Shown here: positions 57,291 through 64,000 of the stretch, piece by piece
Layout: every line of letters begins with the position of its first letter
Numbering within the stretch: position 1 is the stretch's first letter
DNA from: the human T2T-CHM13v2.0 reference genome, Homo sapiens
Direction: 5' to 3' (one strand)
DNA: 64,000 nt
Assembly (NCBI RefSeq): GCF_009914755.1
Contig: NC_060928.1
Translations under genes and position numbers: made by a program
Notes under the pieces: model-generated
Told to the model about the DNA's origin: nothing
The model's input: the letters and a program-made list of their open reading frames with translations, nothing else
Database searches by the model: none

Positions 57291-58694
57291 TTATTGCAAA
57301 AATTAAAATAATCTCTATACTGCCATTATAGCCCCAAAGTATAAAATTAGAAATGAGTTTTTTTCAAGAACTGGAAATAATGAGAGTCAGGACAAAGAGA
57401 GTTTTCAAATTTCTAGTTTATACTACCATCCATCTAGTTACTAACACGTGCCATTCAATATTTCTCTCAATGGTCCTTTTGGTATTTTTGTCATTTTTTT
57501 ACCACCATGCCAACCAGTTCTGTAGTTGCAAGTAGCATTTTTAAAATTTATATTCAAATGTATCATTTCTCTTAATGAATAAATAAAGGTATTCTTTGAT
57601 ATGGCACTAATCTGTCCTTTCTTACAGAGCTGTTTTATAAAATAATTAATGTAATCATATATTTGCACATACTTTACATGTAAGGGCAGGTACAAGGAAA
57701 GAGACAGAGACAGACAGGCAGGGAGGAATGACCTCATTTTGTGGATTCTTACATCCTAGAAAGATAATAAAGTCTCTTTGGCCAAGAATCCTCTTTCGCC
57801 TATCCTAAGATCAACCCAGTCACCATAGAACCTTGTATAAAGTATGTTTTAGTAATTCTCATTTAGCATACCTTTTAGTGTTAAAATAAGAAGTCTGAGA
57901 GAAAAATGCGAGAAATATTTCTGAATTTCTTAACTGCACTTGGCTTATACTAATGGTTAAATGGTTTCTTGTTATCAACATTGATTGACCTTTGTAGTTA
58001 TTATTAAGTTCTGCCAGCAACACAGATATTCTACCATTCTAAATATTCTTTTTATGATGTTAAATATTAAAAATGCCTAATGGATTAATGGGATGAATGG
58101 AAGGGGCATAAGTATCTAGAAGTACACTCAATATACTGTGACTTATTAATATTTTTTTCAAAGTTTTTCATTGACTAGTGATGTTATGTTTGGGCCTCAG
58201 TTTCTGTGCCTATGAAGAGAAAATCTTCAAATCATTAGTTTTCAACCTGTGTTTCAAGGAGTTTCACAGAAGCCTCCAAGTCTGATGCAAAGGCTACCAA
58301 TACCTATGAGTAGATTTTGGACCTGTGAACCACTTAGCTTTAATCTTGCACTAGCTTTTCTGTATTTTACAAACCAAATCTTTGCTTAAACTTTTGTTAT
58401 TGGAAAGGAATCCGAGTACAAATATATTTAAAACTATAGCATATGGTTATTCCAGCTCTGGATATACTCCATGTTTTTAAAATTCACTAGGTCAATTGAA
58501 CTATGCAGTCGTCCCCTAAAACCCTTTCTCTAGCTTCTCCTATTTTGCTCTACTGAAGTCCCCTAGAGACTCAATCTAAGCTCGTTTAGCAAGATTTTTT
58601 TCTGAGATAAGAAATGAATTGATAGCGCTAGTGCTAAGGCCTCTTTCATGTCCTGTATATCTTATTTATCTCTTTCCCTTTTGCCTTTCCTCAG

Positions 58695-58746
58695 GTCTAA
58701 CACTTTTTGTTTACCTTAGCTTTAGGCCTAATCTTCTCTATGACAG
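58695..58746 (+). other. Candidate 52-nt exon (unassigned)
   Basis: Long pyrimidine tract tctctttcccttttgcctttcctcag and donor CAG|gtaagt. Confidence 0.33.
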
Positions 58747-59064
58747 GTAAGTACTTGTCTGACTCCAGATTATTCATCACTGCTTGGCTTTCTTGGTACC
58801 ATGCTCTGTCTGCCCATGGTCCCAGGTATTTATAAATCATTATGAAAGTCATCACATTGGTAGAATTTGTCATGCTTTCTATTTATAGGTGAATAGTTTT
58901 CCTATCACCTGTATTGCATTAGGCAGTGAATCCTAAGCCAGGTTTCAATTCCGTTGTCCTCTCACCTTACTCTTTCTTCTGTGTGGTTTGTCTCAGACCT
59001 CATTCTTAAATCTTAAGAGTCAATGTAAATGAAATTTCAAAGCCTACTAGATTCAACTGTTGGT

Positions 59065-59340
59065 AAATGGTCATCCTCCAAAAAACACATAGGTCCAGTC
59101 TAGTCATCAGGGAAACATCAGAAAAATCCCAGTTGATTAACATTCTACTAAATACCTGACCAGCATGCCTCAAAACTGTCAAGAGCATCAAAAAAACTCC
59201 TTGGAAAGTCTGTAAAACTGTCATAGCCAACAGGAGCCCAAGAAGACATGATGGCTAAATGCAATATGGTATCCTGGGAAAAAAATTCCATTAGGTAAAA
59301 ACTAAAAAACCTGAGTAAAGTATAAGCTTTAATTAATAAT
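59065..59340 (+). mobile_element. Old L1MC-type 3' UTR fragment
   Basis: cctcaaaactgtcaag...gacatgatggctaaatgcaatatggtatcctgg. Confidence 0.7.
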
Positions 59341-59344
59341 TTGC

Positions 59345-59690
59345 ACTTGCTGTTAAATGCCTAGAAATTTTTCCCTAGATAGACTTCCTGTTTATTTTCT
59401 TCAATTTTCTACTAAAATATAACTCTTTGTGAGGCCATCTCTCTTCATATTGTTTTTAAACTATCCATCCCACTTTCCCACTTTATTTCTCTATGGCACT
59501 TATCACCATTGAATATATCACATACTTTACTTGTTTATTGCTTGTCTCTTTCCACTTCAAAGTGAATTCCAGGGGACTAGGTATTTTTTTGTGTTTGTTG
59601 ATTTGTTGTTTATTGTTAAACCAACATTGGCTGGAAAAGTGTCTGGCACATATAAGTGCTTAGCAAATATTTGTTGAATGAATAAGTAGA
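59345..59690 (+). mobile_element. L2 LINE 3' end
   Basis: gtgtctggcacatataagtgcttagcaaatatttgttgaatgaat. Confidence 0.75.
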
Positions 59691-60976
59691 TGGATGGAGA
59701 CTAGACTACACTGTGGAGTTTAAATAACATCACTGTTCCATTCCTGCTCTAACTCTTTCATTTAATATTTGCCTAGAACTTACTAACCTAGAAATTGGGG
59801 TTGCAAACATGAATATTATAGAGTCTTTAAGGAACTCTCATATTAGTGAGGGATAATTTTTAAAAGATAATTGTTATAATAAGATACGGAAGATTCTATG
59901 AAAGAGTCAAACATTTGATGAGATCAATCAGGTTGAGTCTTGAAAGACAGGTAAAACATAAATGAAAGCATGGAAATATAGGAGGTGGTTGAAATGGTGG
60001 AAGCAGCATGAATAGGAGACTGGGGTTAGAGGGCATGGGATGTTCAAAGACCTCTACTGTGCAGTGGGGAGGAAGTAGAGAATAAAAGTCACCTGACCTG
60101 AGGCAGCAGTAATGTTCAGAGATTTTTTCTTTTTTTAATCTATATGATTCATCCTATTTTGGGATATGAGTGCCCTAAATAATTTAGAGTTGCACATATA
60201 ATCCTTTCAAAATATTGAAGTTTCAAACCCAGAATATCTAAATTTCTTTCTAGTAGGAAAAACTATATTTTAAAACTAGAAGAAATCAGAAAAATATCAT
60301 CCAAAGTGCTCTTTCCAATTTCCTTAGAAATATTTTGGTAAAAAAGTTAATTTTATCATAAAACAGTATCATATGTGATACATTATATATGTGTCATATT
60401 TGTCGTTTCAAATTTGAAATTTTTGTGTAAAATTTGACAGAATTATAAGTAGATAGATTCTTAAACACTTTTAGATAATGATCTCTATGAGAGATAATAA
60501 AAATTCCTTTTAATCTCTAAACTAAGACATTAATTCCTTGTTGCTTATTAAAAATTCATCTCCCAATATCTCCTTCAATCACAAGTTTGAATCAGAATCC
60601 TGGGGGTGGGGCAAAGAGTCAGAATGTTTAGCAACTTTCCTATTGATTCGTATACAGATAAAGTTTTAGAATTTTGGCTTGCAAGCTCTAGCTTGTGTGT
60701 ATATGTAAGAGAGAATGAAAAATGACATATATTCTGGAGCTGAAAGACACTTTTGTTGTTCTTTATTTTTCCCCTTCACCTTCTACAAGATTATCTGCTA
60801 CAAAACCGTCTTCAATAAACAATAAGAACTTGCTTATTGAGGCATATTTTAGATCAAGGACTATGTCATATATTTCTTTTTATGTTTATGGCCTGCTTTA
60901 GTAGACTCTACACGTAATAGGTGGTTAATAAAAAATAATTTTAATAATAATTTCTTCTAAATCTTAATAACTTGTA

Positions 60977-61315
<339 letters not shown>

Positions 61316-61689
61316 TAATCCACTATTTCCTCCTAGAATTTATATAACTTGAAAGTTGTCGTTGATTGAAATTTTAATTTTTTTTCACTTTACAGCCTGT
61401 GTAACTACATATTTTCTTAAGGGCCTAATTTTCTACCCTCTAATATATCTTTATTACTTTTGTCTGGATCTTCTTCAACTTCTCCATATCTCTTCAGTGT
61501 TGATTGAGTGACTTATCTGTATCTAAACTTCCATGTGACAAAGATCAGGTTAAAGCTCTCAAATGGTGTACCTCATGGTCTTTTTATTTTTCTTTTAATT
61601 TCTGTAAGATATTTTCTTTTGACAAATATATTTTCTATCTATCTATCGATCTATCATTTATCTATCTAATCTCTCCAAATATAATATTT

Positions 61690-61845
61690 AATCCTCCCAG
61701 AGACTGTTTGTGTTTTTACTATGCATATTTCCATTTAAAAATGAGGAATTTGAAGCCCAGAGATGTTAAGTGATGTGTGTAAGATCACACAGCTAGTAAA
61801 TGGTAGAGATGAGCTATGAACGCAGACAGTCTGATTCCAGAGCAG
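61690..61845 (-). mobile_element. MIR SINE
   Basis: gatgttaagtgatgtgtgtaagatcacacagctagtaaatggtagag...gtctgattccagagc. Confidence 0.8.
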
Positions 61846-62229
61846 CCATGGCACAGATGCTTTTATAGTCATTTGTGTTTCTACCTCTATTTGTCCTTAT
61901 TTTTCTGTGCATTTTTCTCTTCTCCCTTTTGAGGAAGATCGTTGGATATTTTTTCGATTCCATTTTCTTTCCCTTTGCTGTATCGGGATTTATAGGATCT
62001 CTTTCTATTCTTTCAGTGGATCATTTGAACTTCCACCATGAATATTTCCTTTAGCCAAGTCCAAAACCAGAAATAGTATTTTACCATCACTTTCAAACAA
62101 TTCACCTTATCTTAGAAGATTTTAACTTCATCACCCATCTTAATGTAATTTTTGTTTAATCTTTTTCTTCAAGAGTTCCTTTTGTTTCTTATCCTCATGG
62201 ACATATTTTATTATCATACTTATTAATGT

Positions 62230-63230
62230 TGCCATTATGATTAGTGTGGCAACATTCTTATTGTTTTAATGAACATTTTCCTGACTACTAGTGAAAGGAA
62301 ACATATTTTCATGTTTCTTCCTCATCCAGATTCCTTCCGTGAATTCCTCATCAATTATTTTTTAGTTTTCCAATTCTTTTTGGGTAATATAATTTATTTA
62401 TTTACCAAAGCTACAAATCAGTTTTAAATTTTATGCTTTACAAATGTCTTAGTTTAAATTGCTGGCTCAATTTTTACTTTATAGATGTTATTTCAAGATC
62501 TAGAATTTTCATTTTTATGTAATAAGGTTCATTAAGAAAAAATATTAATTAAGAACATTCTTACTGTTTGTATATCTGAATCTTATTTAAGAAATCCTTC
62601 CATTCATCTAAGTTCATAACACAATTCTCTCATCTTTTATTCCAAAAGTTTTAAAGTTTTCTTTTTAAACTTCATTCTTTAATCTGTCTGGAATTTATGT
62701 TTATGCTTAATGTGAGGTGAGGATCAAGTTAATTTGGTTCTCCATATGAGTAACTGTAGTCCCAGCAGATTTATTTACGAGTTCACCTGTTTCTCCCTTA
62801 ATGCTTTCCCTCAAAGTTCTATGAACAGAGGCTTTTGTTTCCTCTTCCTCTATTCTATTCCGTTGCTCTATTTTCCAGTCACATTGTCATTTTCACCGTG
62901 GGTGCGTATGTGTGACACTTTACACAAAATCTTGATATTTGAAAGGGATATACCCTCCCCATCCATTTTCCTTTTTAAAAAATAAAATCTACAATCATTT
63001 TGTAAAGTACCACAGAAGTATTATGCAATTTAAATTAAAATTGAGTTTACTGGCTAAACCGGACAGGATGGATATAATTTCAAAAATAGGAACATGATCT
63101 ATCTCAACATTTATTTAAGAATATATTAAAGTCTTTCAATAAAGGTTTCTACTTTTAATAAATTTTACATTTTTGTTGTTAGGTTTATTTCTAGCTAATT
63201 ATGAACTTCTGTTGCTATTGAAAATACCTT
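62230..63230 (-). mobile_element. Highly decayed L1M fragment
   Basis: ctttaatctgtctggaattt...tgtgaggtgaggatc and similar antisense ORF2 remnants. Confidence 0.55.
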
Positions 63231-63231
63231 G

Positions 63232-63846
<615 letters not shown>

Positions 63847-64000
63847 TTAAATGTAATTTTAAAGATTACATTTTTTGTCTATTTCTGTTGTGTAAGACTC
63901 AATATGATCACTAATTTTAACACTTTCTATCTAGATTTTTTTTTATGGATAATTGTAACAACTGTTAATATTTTGCTATTGTTCCATTTTTATTATTTTA

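Overview
AT-rich, repeat-dense human genomic DNA; a pre-Ta L1HS with the ACG/G diagnostic bases points to human. I can support no intact host protein-coding gene. The ORF track is explained by Alu, L1, LTR and microsatellite sequence. Main contents: (1) a full-length processed ferritin heavy chain (FTH1) pseudogene with a mutated iron-responsive element, nested in an old L1MA; (2) a young 5'-inverted (twin-primed) pre-Ta L1HS with an 18-bp TSD, whose inversion leaves two overlapping ATG-initiated ORF2-fragment ORFs; (3) an L1PB1-type element with a large internal ORF2 deletion and a probable ~215-bp 5' transduction; (4) a 247-bp (GAA)37(GAGGAA)10G(GAA)25 tract in an Alu tail; (5) about 20 Alus and many solo LTRs (LTR12, LTR7C, MER4A, MER39, MER57, MST, MLT), plus DNA transposon, MIR and L2 relics. 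Also seen: several short templated inverted insertions, an old local duplication, a CTCF/AP-1-like site, and + strand exon-like segments that might belong to an unannotated lncRNA. I found no convincing novel biological system; the best leads are retrotransposition structures and a hypothetical LTR-driven spliced transcript. Repeat subfamily names come from recalled consensus sequences and need RepeatMasker/Dfam confirmation. Boundaries of old elements are approximate.
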